Positions 1 through 14,300 of a DNA stretch of 64,000 nucleotides are shown in pieces. Each line of letters begins with the position of its first letter. The stretch's first letter is position 1. This stretch comes from Lama guanicoe (lineage: Eukaryota). The stretch lies in assembly GCA_013239625.1 (NCBI GenBank), contig MU054323.1, forward strand, positions 2,108,001 to 2,172,000, read 5' to 3'. Under the pieces are notes generated by a model, which saw only the letters and a list, made by a program, of their open reading frames with translations, had not been told where the DNA came from and ran no database searches. The position numbers and the translations under genes are program-made.

Positions 1-149
1 CCACAATAATAATTATGCCAACCTGGTCTTAGACATGTCATTCAGAAGCAGCTTTCATTTTCCTACAAAATGACTCAGATTTGAGGGAGTTTGCTCAAAA
101 TCCTGCAATAGCCAACCACTTCCTTTAAGAGAAACTTAAGTCCTTAAGT

Positions 150-642
150 GTCCCCGAGGCCCTACCTAATGTGACCCCTGACCCCTGATGGTTTGCTTAA
201 CCCTACTTTGTGTTCCCTTTCCTCTGACCACACTCTCCTCCTGACTGCTGTTCCCCAATCAGTGCCAGACGCAGCCCCGCTGCATCACCCTGAGTGCGCT
301 GCCCTTGGCCTGACCAACTCCTTTACCTCCTTTCATGTTTCTGCCTAAATGTCATCTTCGTAATGAGACTTAGCCTGGTAGTGATTCAAAATGATCGCCA
401 TCTCTGCAGGCCCACCTTTCCACACTCTCTCTGTTTCTTTATCACTTTCTTAACATATCATTGATTTATTAATGTTACTCATTACTGATGCCCTCTCTCA
501 TTGGAATTTCAGCTTCTTTGGGGAGAGGGGGGTGTTTTCTGCCTGTATTGTTCATGAATTGATTCCCCGGACCAAGCACAGTGCTTCACATCCAGTAAGT
601 GCTCAGGATATTACGGATGGGTGGATGAATGAATGAATGAAT
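150..642 (+). mobile_element. LINE-2 3' end
   Basis: gcacagtgct...agtaagtgctc followed by a (tgaa)n tail. Confidence 0.65.
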
Positions 643-1399
643 AATGATGCTTGCAGGCCACTTAACCTCTTTGAGTCTGCTTTCCCTAACTAGGAATAAC
701 ACTGCTACAGCCACGAACAGCAGCTGCTTTTGCCTCTCTGGTGTTTCTTCGACATCTGATAACACAGCTCCTCCTTCCTGTGTGCAAGACATTCCGCGTG
801 GTTCAGATGGCACTGACCAGAAGGGTGGTACTGTCACCCAAGCTGGCCTGGCTGATGGACAAAGGCCATTTTCCCGGCTATGGTTTTGCACAGATGGGTG
901 TATGTTCCCAGCATCTGTAAGATTAGATCAGGGTGCTGTGGGTGAGGGTGGCTTGGAGAAGCCCCGGCTGGCAGGGCCATGGGGGCTGGAGGCTGTCAGC
1001 AGCCAGCTTGCAAAATAGGAAGGCAGTTTCTTCGAGGATGAAGCCAAGGAGAGGCAGGCAGAGCAGAGACAGTGGCCTCAAGAAACAGCGGGCTTTGCAC
1101 TCTGTCTGTTAGTAAGGACTGGCTGAGTGTGAGCCGAGGCAAACAAGATCTGGGGAATTAACTGGAGGACTGATAAGGAGAGAGAGAGACAGAGGAGCCA
1201 GAGAGACAGAATTCTCTGTCCTGGATGCCATCCTTCAGCTTCTGCTTGTCAAAGTCCTGTTCATCCTTCAAACCCTCATTCGAGGATTTTTTTGCACCCT
1301 CTCACTTTCTCAGGCTGAATGGCTCACGATTCCCTCATGACCAGGGTACCAGGTTGAGACTTGATCACACCCCTACCATGACAAATCCCAGTTGTCTGT

Positions 1400-1791
1400 T
1401 GTGTTAGTCATCCAGAGCTGCCGTCACAAAATACCACAGACCGTGTGGCTCACACAGCAGAAGTTTACTTTCTCGCAGGTCTGGAGCCTCGAAGTCCAAG
1501 ATCGGGGCGTCAGCAGGCTTGGCTTCCCTTGAGGCCTCTCTCCTTGGCTTGCAGACAGCCGTCACCTCACTGGGTGTTTACAGGGCTTTCCTGTGCCTAT
1601 GGCGTCTGTGACCTCCTCTTCTTACAAGGTTACCAACCATATTGGATTATGGACACACATACAGCACCATCTTGACTTAATCACCTCTTCGAAGGCCCTA
1701 TCTCCAAATACAGTCACGTTCTAAGGAACTGCATGGCCTTAAGGCTTCCATGTATGAATTTGGGCGTGGTGGTTAAATTTAGCCCATAACA
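1400..1791 (-). mobile_element. MaLR solo LTR (MLT1A/B-like)
   Basis: TG...CA termini, typical MLT1 core, 5-bp TSD tctgt/cctgt. Confidence 0.85.
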
Positions 1792-4700
1792 CCTGTTTAC
1801 CTGCCTATTTTCTCCGCCAAGTTTCTTGAGGTTACTTGAAGCTGCTTTGAAAATGCTTGATGAACAAAGAAAAGAAAGAATGAGTGAGTAAATGAAAAAT
1901 ACTGTCCTGGCCCAGGACAAGACAGACCTTGCATTTGTCCACAGTGGTCGCTTCCCTAGTCCCGCCTCCCCCAGTGGATCTCAGAGACCCTTGTGAGCTG
2001 GCTTGAGTCTACCAGAGGTTATTGGAGTTCCTTTGGCCCTGCTTCAGGGTAAGAGGCCTGCCGAGGCGATGCCTATATTCAAATGGTCAAGAATCAGATT
2101 AATCATTTTCATCCCAGTTAAAGTCTTCCTGCCTCTACTCTCTTGCTCTCTTCCAACAGCCAGTAAATCTCCCAGAGCTGTCAATTCTTCCAAAGTAGTT
2201 ATCACTTGACCAGCTCTTGCTTGCACTAGAGAACCAGCTCCCCAACTGCCTTGTTTGCCATCATGGTCCCCATTTGAACATCCCCTCCCACCCCCATCCT
2301 TGTGATTGCAAGCTATCTAGAATACAGGGCTGACCGTGCCATTCACCTGCTAAAAAATTCCAAGGACATCCCATTGTCTAAAATACTAGGTCACCACTAA
2401 CACAGCCTTCGCACCTCTCATGACGACTGTCTCATCCAGGCCCCCAGAGGGCCTCCTGGTCTCCACCCTCCTGCCCCGTAGGGCCACACCCCTGAGCCCC
2501 AGTCTCTGCTTCTCCCACTGCGTGCAGCTTTCTTCCCTCCTTCTTCCCCAGGGAACCTGCGTTTCCCAGGCCAACTCAGACCACGTGCTCAAAGCTTTCC
2601 CAGCCACCACCGTTGGTCATCCTTTGAGCTCTTATAGACTCAGTCGTTGTGGATTATAGCTATTTGTGTGCATATATTTATATGCACCTGCTAGACTGGA
2701 TGTCACTTAATCTTATAAATCCATGTATCACCAGTGCCCAGCACGGTACGTGGGATATAATATATACTCATAACGGTAGAATTTTTCTGAATGCTTAATA
2801 TGTGCCAGGCATAGAGACACGCATGGGTATGACCTAGACCCAGACACGACTCACCGCAGTGTGCTAAAGGCTTGAATGGAGATGGGGATGGAAAAGGCTT
2901 CCGGTAGAAGCATCATGTGGTCTGGGGCTCATTGCATGGGTCGAAAGACAAAAGTAATTCCTTGCCCGTACAGGATATAAACAAGGGGAAACATTCCCAG
3001 TAGATGCAAGTGGCCCAGTTTGAGGAAAATAAGCAGCAGCCAAAAAAGCTTCAAGAATACTGAGTGGCTGAAAGTTAGCTGAGAAGACAGAGTCATTTGC
3101 TGAACGCGTCTTCATGTTGAAGTGAATGTCCTTGGCTGGCAACACTGGTCACCTGTTTTCATGAACTTCCAGGGAGCAGGAGACAAGGCAAGAGCCCACA
3201 TATGGGATGACTTAAACTGGCGCGAGGGAGTGCGTGTGTCACTCTGATCGGGGGTGGTACGTGCTATATTATTAGTCCCAGGCTGAGGCCACAGAACAGT
3301 CATAAATCAAGACTCGGTGTTTAAAAAACAGTGGAAGTGCTAAGGAAACACGGAGTGGCTGACCTGTGGGGCTGAGCTGTTACTCCCTACAAGAATTTCG
3401 ATGACTAATGATGTGGATAAATAAGTGCTTAACTTTCTCATAACCACACCACGTGTAATTTCTTTAATTTTGGGGGGATCACGCAGTTCTGGGAGCCCTT
3501 CAGAACGATGGTGATCAGTTGGAAAAGGTCCCCACTATTCAGAAAAGGCTGGAACCTGTGCTTCCAAACAAGATTTCCCTCCCAGCCCCCGGTAACTGGG
3601 ATTCATGGATAGAAAGGTGGGATTTAGAAGAAGCCACCCACCGTTCCAGGTTAATTTATAGTTTTTGAAGTTCTACCAGTTGATTATCATTCAATGGGGT
3701 CTTTGAGTTAAAATAATAATTAGGAAGGAGGTGGATCTCGCTTCAGGATTTGTTGGATCACATCCATGGAGATTGGTGGCAATCAGGTGAGAGAAAGGCC
3801 GAAAGGCTTATGGGGTCAAAGGATGACAAGTCCTAGAGGCCTTAGGCTGCCTGTCTGCCTGCCGTTCTGTTAATTTGCCGCCCTTTCACCTCTCTGAGCC
3901 TCGACTTCCTCACCTGTAGAAGGGGGCTGACACTCCCCACCTCACAAAGTGCTGTGAAGACCAGCAGGCAAGGTCAGACACCTATGTGTGGGTGTGACAT
4001 GCTTCTTAGATGTGTGTGAAAGTCAGGTAGGTTTCAGTTGAACAACCGTTACAGATGTATAGACACATTGTAAGGAAAGGTTGGTCCAGATAATTATTAA
4101 CTACAAAATTCCTAATTGCACTTCACTGTTTTGGTGCAATCTTAGAAATAATATTTTTTATATGTTGCTTTTTTAAAAAATAGTTTCTGGACTTTTTTGT
4201 TTTTGTGGTCTTTTGTTTTTTTTTTGTTTTGTTTTGTTTTGTTTTTACTTTACAACTGAATTCGGAAATAATGAGCATAAGCCAAGTGGTGACCATGTAT
4301 TTGAGGTTATAGAGTGTTTGCTTTCAGTGCATTTATTTTGTTCAGTCATTCAACAATGACAACAAAATGAGTATCCATTACTTGGCATTGCAGTCTCAAG
4401 TGTGTTAGGTTTATGAGACATATTAACTTGTTACTTTCTTCTTTTAAATTTCAACATTTAAAAAAATATATTGATAAAATGCAGTCAATATCCAAATAAG
4501 TTTCCAAACATGGCAGAACACAGACAATACCACTGATAAATAGAATTATTGACTGGTAGCAATGCACTCAGGATAACTCAAAAGTTTTTTCATTAGTGAT
4601 GGTGAGAGTCTAAATTAAACACAGAGATGTGTTTTGAGCATGTCAATGGAAAATATAGACAGTAAAAAGAGTTGAAACCCACAGGTCATGTATCTAAAAT

Positions 4701-5079
4701 ATTTTGGTTAAGGCATCATCTAAATCTAAGGAAATATTAGGAACGGAGGTCAGAGGGTGGTGCCAGGGCGACAGATAAAAACCAGCAGGCAGGCAGAGGA
4801 AGTGGAAATCCTGTTCCCAGACTCCATGCCTCTCCTGGGCATCAGTCTAGGTGCAGGATCAGGATGCTCTGCTTTCGTTCTTCTCTGTGTCGTTCAGGGT
4901 GCATTCTGTAAGTCAGTGGTTCTCCCTCCCTCCTGGCTGCCCAGAGACCTGCCATAGTGGCAGAGGTTATTTTATATTCCCCTAACATTTCCAGGAATTG
5001 AGATCAGCCAGAATCCTGGAAGAGCTGTACTCCTTAGACGAAGAAAGCAAATTTGAATGTTACAAGAAACAGGATGTAC

Positions 5080-5490
5080 TAGAAGCGATGGTTCACCTCA
5101 CCACATAGATCCTGTCCCAGGGGCCAAAACACTCCCCAGCTGCCAGCTATGTTCTCTTCCAGGAAACCTACATTGGTTAACGGTGGTTGTCTCACCAAAG
5201 TCATGCACCCTTTCAACGGGCCATCCCCATACAGGGATTCACTGATGGAGAGGTACAAGGGTCCAGCCCCCTTGCCTCAGTGGAAAGTATCTTTGAAGGA
5301 CCATCCCAGCTTTAGAGCTCCTTGTGGGATTAGCTGAAGCCGTCATTGTAACTGTATCTTAGTTCAACTTCTTCCGCTACCCAACCTTGCTCTTCTTACC
5401 TTTTCATATGTAATTACCACTCTCCGATAAGCCACTTGCATGCACATCTCTACCTCATAATCTGCTTCCCAGGAAAACTTCCTTGTGATG
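5080..5490 (+). mobile_element. ERVL LTR (LTR16-like)
   Basis: gaaggaccatcccagctttagagctcc...tctgcttcccaggaaa pattern typical of LTR16. Confidence 0.6.
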
Positions 5491-6224
5491 TGCAAAGACA
5501 TGCAAAATGGTATTTTGGGGGTCCAAAAATGTTAACATAGGTGGATTATAAGTTTTAGAGACAGAGTCTGTAATATCTGTGATCTTATAATCATTCCGAT
5601 GTGTCTCTAAATAAAAATAACCCAAGTCCTAAGTTTCAGAATAACATAATTTTGGCAAATCTATGCAAGTTAGTAGATTTGCCTAGGGAAAAACAATTCC
5701 AGTTAGAAGGGCCAGTGTGGGTTGTTATTTATAAACTGGAAATTCTGCTTCAAATATATACATATCCTTAGGAGATATATTTTAAGTGAAATATAAAAGG
5801 TGCTTAGATACATCAATTACTTATATGGTTGAAAACTGTTTCTCTTAACCAGGGGAAACACAGCATTGCTCTTTCATTTGCTTAAAATGCTTTGTCTTCA
5901 GAGAGTGTAAAGGTAACCTATTTCATCTCTAGTCATGCTATTACAAATTCTCAGTTAGCTCAATCTAAATAATGGGGTTTTATTTCATGTGAAATCACTT
6001 TAGAAAAAAGATGCATTTTTAGGATACAAATAAGATTGCTTTAGTAATACTAAAGCTATGCTGTAAGCACCTGAAAACTAACTTTAGTTTTAAATTCAGT
6101 TACTTTTTTTTTTTACTTAAAAGAAAATAACATACACACCAAAAAAAGGAAAGTATAGCACATACGCAAATGTCTAAAGCGACTATACCCAACCACGCAG
6201 GTTAAGAGACAGAACTAGCTAACC

Positions 6225-7100
6225 AGCCAGCATCAGCCATCAAGCATTGTGAACGAATCATCTTGGACCTGGATCTTCCAGCTCAGACAAGCTGCCCCAG
6301 ACAGGGCTGGCTACATAATTGATGGGCCCCAGGGCAAAATGAAAATTCAAAGGCCTATGTTCTTAAAGTAGGAAAGAATTTTTTTTCATGGCCTCTTAGT
6401 TGACCTGCCATGGTGTTTTCTGTTTGTTTGTTTGTTTGCTGTTTAATGTCATTCTCCTTTTGGCACAGGGATACATGCCAAGTGAGTGCAGACCCTCAAA
6501 GATGCCTGAACCCCCTCTAAGAATAGGGGTGTTTGAAGAGGGTGCCTGATGGAGGCAGGAACCAGGAAGCTAAGAACTCTCCTTTAGAGCCTGGGAGTGG
6601 GCAGAAAGCTAGACTACATGTGATTTTGGCTCCGAGACCTCACTGCATGCTCCCGTCAGACCACCCTTAGAAAACACAAATTCAAAAGTAAAACTGTAAG
6701 AATCTGAACACAAAGAGTGCAGAGCATTAAAACTCAAGCATAGGGCCCTCTTATGAACGTGAAGCCCTCTGCAACAACACTGATTGCACACCCCTGAGAC
6801 CAGCTGGGTCCCAGCTAACACCGAGAGGAAAAAGGAAGAACCACCCATGCAGAGCCCAGCCCCAAACTGTAGACTCTTGAGCAACATACACGGTTGCTAT
6901 TGTCTTAAAGATCTAAGTTCTGGAATGGTTAGAGAAGCAGAACAAATGTTGGTACGTAGAAGTAGAACGATGAAAAAAAAATGTGATGATGGTTTTGAGA
7001 CTAGATAATAGGCAGAAGTTGGAAGAGCCTCAAGGAGATCAGTAGAGAAAGTAGGAAAGGTCTTAAGAATCCTGGCAGTGAGCACTTGAACGGCAGTGAG
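6225..7100 (+). mobile_element. Old MLT1 LTR plus start of the MaLR internal region, interrupted by MER45
   Basis: gagcccagcccaaactg-like LTR 3' part, then an internal-region start (ttggtacgtagaagt...ggcagaagttggaagag). Confidence 0.6.
6302..6807. mobile_element. hAT-Tip100 MITE (MER45-like)
   Basis: Starts cagggctggctacataatt...gggcaaaatgaaaat; degenerate 8-bp TSD gccccaga/gtcccagc. Confidence 0.65.
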
Positions 7101-7129
7101 AGATAGCATTTATTTGCGCCTTCCCTACA

Positions 7130-8370
7130 AGGAGTAGGCCAATTTTATAGACCTTTTCAAAGAATTAATATTGTCTGTCTTTTCTGTCATAGGTCTGCTT
7201 TCTATTTCTTTAACATCTGTTCTTATATTTTTAAATTCCTTATTTATTTATTTTTACTTTACTTAATTTTTCCCGTACTTTCTCCAGCTTCTGGAAATGA
7301 ATGCATAGCTGATTGATTCCAATTATTCTCTATTTCTAATATAGTCATTTGAGGCTATCGTTTCATTGTCATTTCTTTTCAAAATATTTTAAAACTTCCA
7401 TTTTGATTTCTTTCTTGATCTGTTAACTAATTTAGAAGCGTGTTTCTTGATTTTCAAATATGCAAGTGTATGATTATCAGTTTTATACTTACACAATATT
7501 TCCTTTGTTCTTACTGCTGTCCCATCTCTCAGGACTTCCATTTGGAATTACTACCCTTGTAGCTGAAAGAATCATTTAAGTTGTCCTTTAATGTGGCTCA
7601 GCTGTGGCCAGTTTTCTCCACTTCAGTATGTTTGTTAAGATTTTTATTTTATATCCATCCTGGATGTATACTTTGATTGGGTATAGAATTCTAGGTTGGC
7701 AGTTATTTAACACATTTCTGTCTTCTGGCTTACATATGCTACAGGTGAGAAGGCAGCTGTCCATCAGTCCTTTTGCTTTTAAAGGTGATCTGTTTTTTCC
7801 TGTAGCTTTTAACATCCTCTCCTTGACTTCTGTCTTCTGTAGTTTCTTTATGATGTATCCAGTTACAAATGCTTTTTTGTTAAAATAGGGGGTTCACTCA
7901 GTATTGTATATTCTATGGAGTTTTACAAATGTCTAATGACATATATGCACCATTATAGTATCATACAGAATAGCTTCACTGCCCTAAGTATCCTCTGTGC
8001 TCTCCTTATTCATTCCTCCCTCCTCTTTAACCTGTCAGCCACTAATCTTTACTGTCTTCACGGTTTTTCCTTTTCCAGAATATCATATAGTTGGAATCAT
8101 GCCAACATATAGCCTTTTAAGATTGGCTTATTTCACTTATCAATATGCATTTAGAGTTCCTCCATGAGTTCGCATGGCTTGATAGCTCATTTCTTGTTGG
8201 TGATGAATTATATTCCATTGTCTAGATGTACTACAGTTTATTTATCCATTTACCTATTGAGGAAACTCTTGGTTGTTTCTAAGTTTCGCACTATGACTAC
8301 AGCTGCTATAAATATCTGTGTGCATTTTTTTTGCATGGATATAGGTTTTCAATGTATATGTTTTTAATAT
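7130..8370 (-). mobile_element. Old LINE-1 fragments (L1ME-like, followed by an L1MC-like 3' end at ~7890-8365)
   Basis: gggtatagaattctaggttggcag and caccattatagtatcatacagaatagcttcactgccctaa are typical antisense L1M segments. Confidence 0.75.
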
Positions 8371-11300
8371 TTCGGTTTAGAATTAGGCTTGTTGAAGATG
8401 TGGATTATTGTTTTTCAAACTCATTTTTATTTCTTTATACACAGTAATCATGGTGATTATATCATCCAAGCCTGGTAATTCCCATATCTGGTATTTCTGG
8501 ATCAGTGATCTGATTCTCACTCATGGTACCTGTACCTGTAACCTTAGTACTAGACATCACCCTTGAAAAAATTATTTACAGAGATTGACCAAGCCGTTTT
8601 ATGAAGGCAACCTCCTCTATAGAGCATTGAGGTTTGTTTTTTGTTGTTGTTTTATTTTTTTCTGCTGGTCATCTAGGGTATTACTAGCCCCAAACAATTT
8701 TACACCAAACTGATGTTTTGAGTTTTTTGGCTTGTCCTGGTGAAATCAATTTTCACTTCTGCATGGGAGCTGGGGGTCAGCTTTTAGCTTTCCAAGGATA
8801 ACTTTCCTCTTCTTTCATATATTCCCTCTTTTGCTCAGTGTTAAGACAACTCCCCTGTTTCAAGGGACAGTTGGGAGTATAGTACATTCTTGCTCATCCT
8901 TTCCTTGAGTGTGTAGTCCTTCAGAATCCCAGCTTAATGGGAATCTGTGTGGCTGTCTGTCCACCCCAGATTTTGTCCAGGCTTTCATTTCTACCCTTCC
9001 TCATGTTCTAGGTAGTCAAAAAGCCCTTTACATTCATTGTTGTTTTTTTTTTCTAAGAAGACACATGTCCTCTGTGCCAAAGTAATTTGCCTTCTCACTT
9101 AACTTTTAGTATTCATACCTTCATGTTTGCATGATTTTGATCAAGAATTTCCCAGCATCTTGTCAGCACTTTGATGTGTTTAAGAAAATTTAGTTTTTCT
9201 TATCTTCATCAGAATTGTTAGATGTCCTAAAAGAAGAATTGGTCCAAATAACCTATCTTGCCCTTGGCAGAAGCCAATGTTCCCTGAAATAAAGATTTTG
9301 AAAAACAAAACACACAAAAAATCTTTCCTCTGTCACCTCTCAATTGATTTAGAAAAATTTACATGAAATAATATTGATGTGTCAAGGATGTTATCAGTTG
9401 CATCATAAGGAAAGCTAGTCTAAGTATTTGGAATCTTTAATTAGTGGGTTTTCACTGATAGGATATGTGTAATCTCTTTGACTTCTCAACAGATGTTGGA
9501 GAGAAAAATGTTGTATTTTTTTTAAAGGATGCATTCACTATAAAGTACGGCAATATGGTTCTTTTGATCATTGTACTATGATGTAACTCAGACATCTTCA
9601 TTGTTTGTGCAATTTCTCCAAACCCATGAAAGTTGATATACATCCCTCTGGCAGAAAACCAGCACTCTGGTTTGGGCACTGGGTTATTTAACCACCTGAT
9701 AAATAGTTTACACTTGGGGGAACATTATGCAGAAATCTTTTCAACTAGCTGTGTTGACAGAGAAACTAAATATAGTAGTCAATGAAAAGAATTTAACACA
9801 TTTTTGACCTAACGGTTAGAAAAAAAAAATCTTAAGATATTATCTACTCTAGAAAATGATTATATTAAAGGGAAAGCATGAATACTAGTGATTGTAAGTG
9901 TGATAACTAAATATCCACTGTTGTTTTTATTTTAGAGAAAATTTTAACTTTTTCTGTGTACATTCTTTGGGTTTGCTAAAAGTGGTGCCTGCTGCTAAAT
10001 CTGAAAAATTTTGTTTCAAATTCTGGGCTCATCAGGCTTCAGGCAATTCACTTAGGCCTTCCGAAGCTCACTCATGAATGAGAATACCTTGCAGTGTTTT
10101 TACAAGGATCAGAGATAATATATGTAAAATATCTCACATAAATAGTAGTTATTAACATTCGAGAAAGAACTTTCTCTAGTTTAATCATATCCCCTAATTT
10201 GTCCTCCAAATTGATGACCCACAGTCTCAGGGATTTGGCATTATTTTAAAAAGAAAATGAGCCCTTTTTTTATCTCGATATACTTACTTGAAGATTAATT
10301 ATGGTACAGAATAAAGACATACTGGTTATGGCAGAATTAATTGTGTTCGCTTTAGAAGAGCTCACCTAGTCACCTGGAGGCAGACTGCTTACTAGACTAC
10401 ACAGGAATCTGCAGAAAAAACTGGAAGGCAGAGGTCAATAATTTGAACTCTGTGGAAGCTTCCAGGGGCATCGGGGGCAATTTTTTTTTTTAGCCTGTAA
10501 GCCTCCTATGGTGACATTCTAGCTTCCCTCCTATTAATACCAAATTACCACGACTGCAGTTGTCAAAAATGATGACACACTTACTCAAGGCTTTCATACT
10601 TATTATTGCATGTTTTCAATAAGAGTCTGCAAGAAAACCTAGCATGACTTTCACAAGCCAGAAGGGCCCTTGCTCCCTTTGGGGTTTGAAGGTATAGTAA
10701 GGGACCATCTTCCGGGGCAGTTAAATCAGTCCATCTACCCCGGCCATCAATAGTGTGGTAGACCTCTTAGCTTTTAAGTCACTAATTAACTAATTAAATA
10801 ATCAACCTAATATCTTGTGAGTAATAGATAGAGTACAGCCCTGTACCAGATGTTAGCAGGGATGTTCCAGTATGTCCCTGCCTTCAACACACTATCGTTT
10901 GGTTCTTGAAAACTCACATCTAGTCTTTGAATTCCTTCTCACATTTACTTCTCTGATTTGATTCGCAGCAGATAAATAGAAATAAATTTTTCTAGGGTAG
11001 CCAAGGTCTCGGTTATGAATGTCTTTCCAGTCCATTCACACTACCCCAAACACTTATGCAGAGTTATCCATTACAAGTCATTCTACAATCTTCATCAAAC
11101 TGCCTGCTAAAGGAAGCCCAGTATTTATTACATTTTTTCCTAAATGGAAAACAGCTGTGATAAATTAATCCATTCACCAGAAATGGAACGATTCTCAGAT
11201 AGTCTCTCAACTGTTAGTCTTTCCAGCTCTGAATAATATATTCCTCCGCCCCATCTGTGTCTTCGAGTGTGGCTAATTCACTTGGCTCCTTTTCCACCGC

Positions 11301-14300
11301 TCTGTGAGGTACACTAGAGGTGAAAAGTCTCCTGGGCCAGACTAGCAATATTTAGATGACAAATACATATTTAAAAAAAGAAAAAAGTATCACTCGGGAG
11401 GCAGCATAGTCCACAACAACAGAACACATCCCTCTAGGGCCCAGGTTAAGATCCATGTCCATGCAGAGCCTCAGTCTCTTGCTTGTGGAGTCACCTAACG
11501 CAGGTATCACTGCTAATGTCACCAAACATTCAGCCTCAGAATTAACTTCCTCTCCTCTGATTCTATAATAACAAACCAATATTCTGACTATAAGTTGGTC
11601 CCCCAAATAGATTTCCACACTTGGGTACAGTGTGCTTTCAAAGGAGAGATTTTCAGTTCCTTCGGTGGTTTTTCATTATCAACTGACATTTTGACAAACT
11701 GAAATATCTGAGGCTGCTAAGTCATGGCCCAAACGTTGCACTAGGGTGATTTCACCAAAAATATGCCATGTTGGCTGCCTCTCTTTCATCAGCCCCCTCC
11801 CTTGCAAGCTGTGATATTCAATTTCTTCTTGCCTTCTATATAGGCCTTCACTTGCTTATTTACAAGGTGATAATTATTGAAAAATTTACGTTTCTTCTCT
11901 CTGGTCAGTAATCCTGGTGGTCGATTTTCTTTACAGGAAATAAAATCTACCCCAGATATTTTAAGGAGAAAGAGATAGAATAAATTAGGGGCCTACAAAA
12001 TAATGGGAAGGGCTGGGAAAGTGGGATAGGTTAGTCACAGGAATGACTCCAAAAAAGACAACAGAACTGACCCACAAAGTGACGCGATCACTTCTGCCAC
12101 AATCAAGAAGGTGGGAACCCACCTGGAGGGTGCCGATGGAAATCCGGAGTTCCAGCACAGCACCACTGCTGTGTCGGGGAGCAGGAAACGGGGAGGGACC
12201 AGGAGGCCACCACCACCGCAGCCTCCTCCACTCAGAAGTCAGTGCACACAGAATTGTGAGGTCTACCCCAACTGCCTCTTGTTATTAAACAGCAGAAGAA
12301 AAAAAGCAAACTAAACAAAAAGAAATAACTGTATCCACAGCCTTTCTTGACAGCAGAAGACAGCCGAAAACCGCAGGAGAAAGGCCTCCTTTTCAATTCT
12401 CTCTTCAAAATCTAAGTCCAGGGGCATCTATTTGATGGAAGCGTTTTCGTCCGGAACATAAGTAATGTAGTTTTTTTGTTGATTTTTTTTTAAAACTCTC
12501 CAGCCTTTGCAAGATACAAAGGGTGCTCCAGATCTAAGGAGGAAAGAAAACTGGCGATTGACCACATTCCCAGTATTTTCAGTTCAATTCGTTTTATGTT
12601 CCTATAAACTTAATGGAAGTTATAGTGAAGGCGTAGTATCTTTCACATAGCTTACTGCTCCCGTGTAATATCTTACTGCCCGTGTACGCATTTGTGAGTA
12701 TGATCAAAATTGTGCACTACAGTTATTTGTAAGTTATACTTAGTGTGATGTACTGCATCAGATCCTGTTTAGTTTCTTGCCCAAGGAGGCTACAACTAAT
12801 GATTAACTATGTAATGTGTGTACCATTGAATGTCCCCATACCACACACTGTGGAAAAATAGAAAGATAAATCCCCACTGAAAAGCATAGCAGTTTCATTT
12901 GACTTCTTTCATCCCATATTTACTTTAATGATATAGACGCCCCCAAATCTGCTGTTCCTTTCCTCTCTACTCTGCCAACGTTTTCTAATTTAAGTATTGT
13001 CACTTTTCTGTAGCTTTCCAATTATTTCTTTCAAAATATTCAAATAGAGGTATTCTCTCTTCCAGTTCATAGGAAACTATAGAGTAAAAAAATGTGTGCT
13101 CAGAGAAAAATGAAAAATATACAGTGACTTTTGTAACGCCCCCCCCAACTTCATTTATCTATAGGATGGCGTTTGATAGCTTTGTGTGAGCTTTTTAAAG
13201 TTCAGCCAAGCCAGCTGCATGATCAACAGGGAGACAATAGCTCCCACACACGGGGCTGCACGGATTAAAGAATCCATCCATCAGTAAATCTGCCAGATGG
13301 CAGTGGAAGAAAGCTTGTAACTCTCTCACTTTCATTTCAACAGCAGCAAACAATGTTCAATGTTTAAAATAAACTCTTCCAGATGAGCTAAAGATAAACT
13401 CTGAGGTGGGTGGACTTGAGTTTGCGAGGCTGCAGCGCTGAAGTGTTTGATTACATTAACACAAAATCCCTGGGTAGAGCCAGCTTCTGTCAACAGAATG
13501 CTTAGACGCGAACACCTACTACATGAAGCCACTTCCTGTGCTTTCATGGGTTGGTGGCAGAAACTCGCACTGCTGTTTTCACAAACTAATAATGATTATA
13601 TATTTCTCAGTGCCTAGCATTTCCTCAAGCCCTGTGTGCAACTTCCAGGTATGCCTAAAACACCAACACTGTTATATAGATCTGCACAGATAAAAATCTT
13701 TTGACTAAATTTGCTAGTTAAACTTCTATTTACTTACTTTCATCTTATTGCTTTCATAGTAGAAAAAAGGTGCCATTAGGATTTAGAGCCATTCTGCTAA
13801 TAATTGGATAATTGTCCAGGTCTATGGAGCATCCAAAAAAAAAAAAAAAAAAAAAAAGAAAAGTACTGGTATTTTCTTAGGTTAGAATTTATAAAGGAAA
13901 TTTGAAACTTCTTTTTTTGTTATTTTTTAAGTAGACTTTAATTCCTGAAACTTAGGACAGATCAAGCTGTAATACATCATATGTAATGTGACAACTTCTA
14001 ACCATAAAATGACACACTGAAAAGTAACTCTGTTAAGTGTCTGAGACCTTATCTATTTAACATAATTAAATGAGAGAGAGAAGCAGAGTTGATAATGAAA
14101 ATAAGGCTTCGGCTGCAAAAACATTCAGGACCAAATATATCAAATCATAAATTCAATATATTGGGACATTTGAAAAAAATAAAACATATTCCAAAATTTA
14201 GATTAGAAGGCTTTGGGAAAATATGATTCACTACACAGATACACTTATTGTCAGTTCCTCCAAACTGAAATGTTTCCGTCAGTGATAATTCTGTTTTATA

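Noticed and set aside
586..1018. Overlapping 101-aa and 124-aa ORFs
   Set aside because: No recognisable domain, ends lie in an L2 tail, lengths compatible with chance
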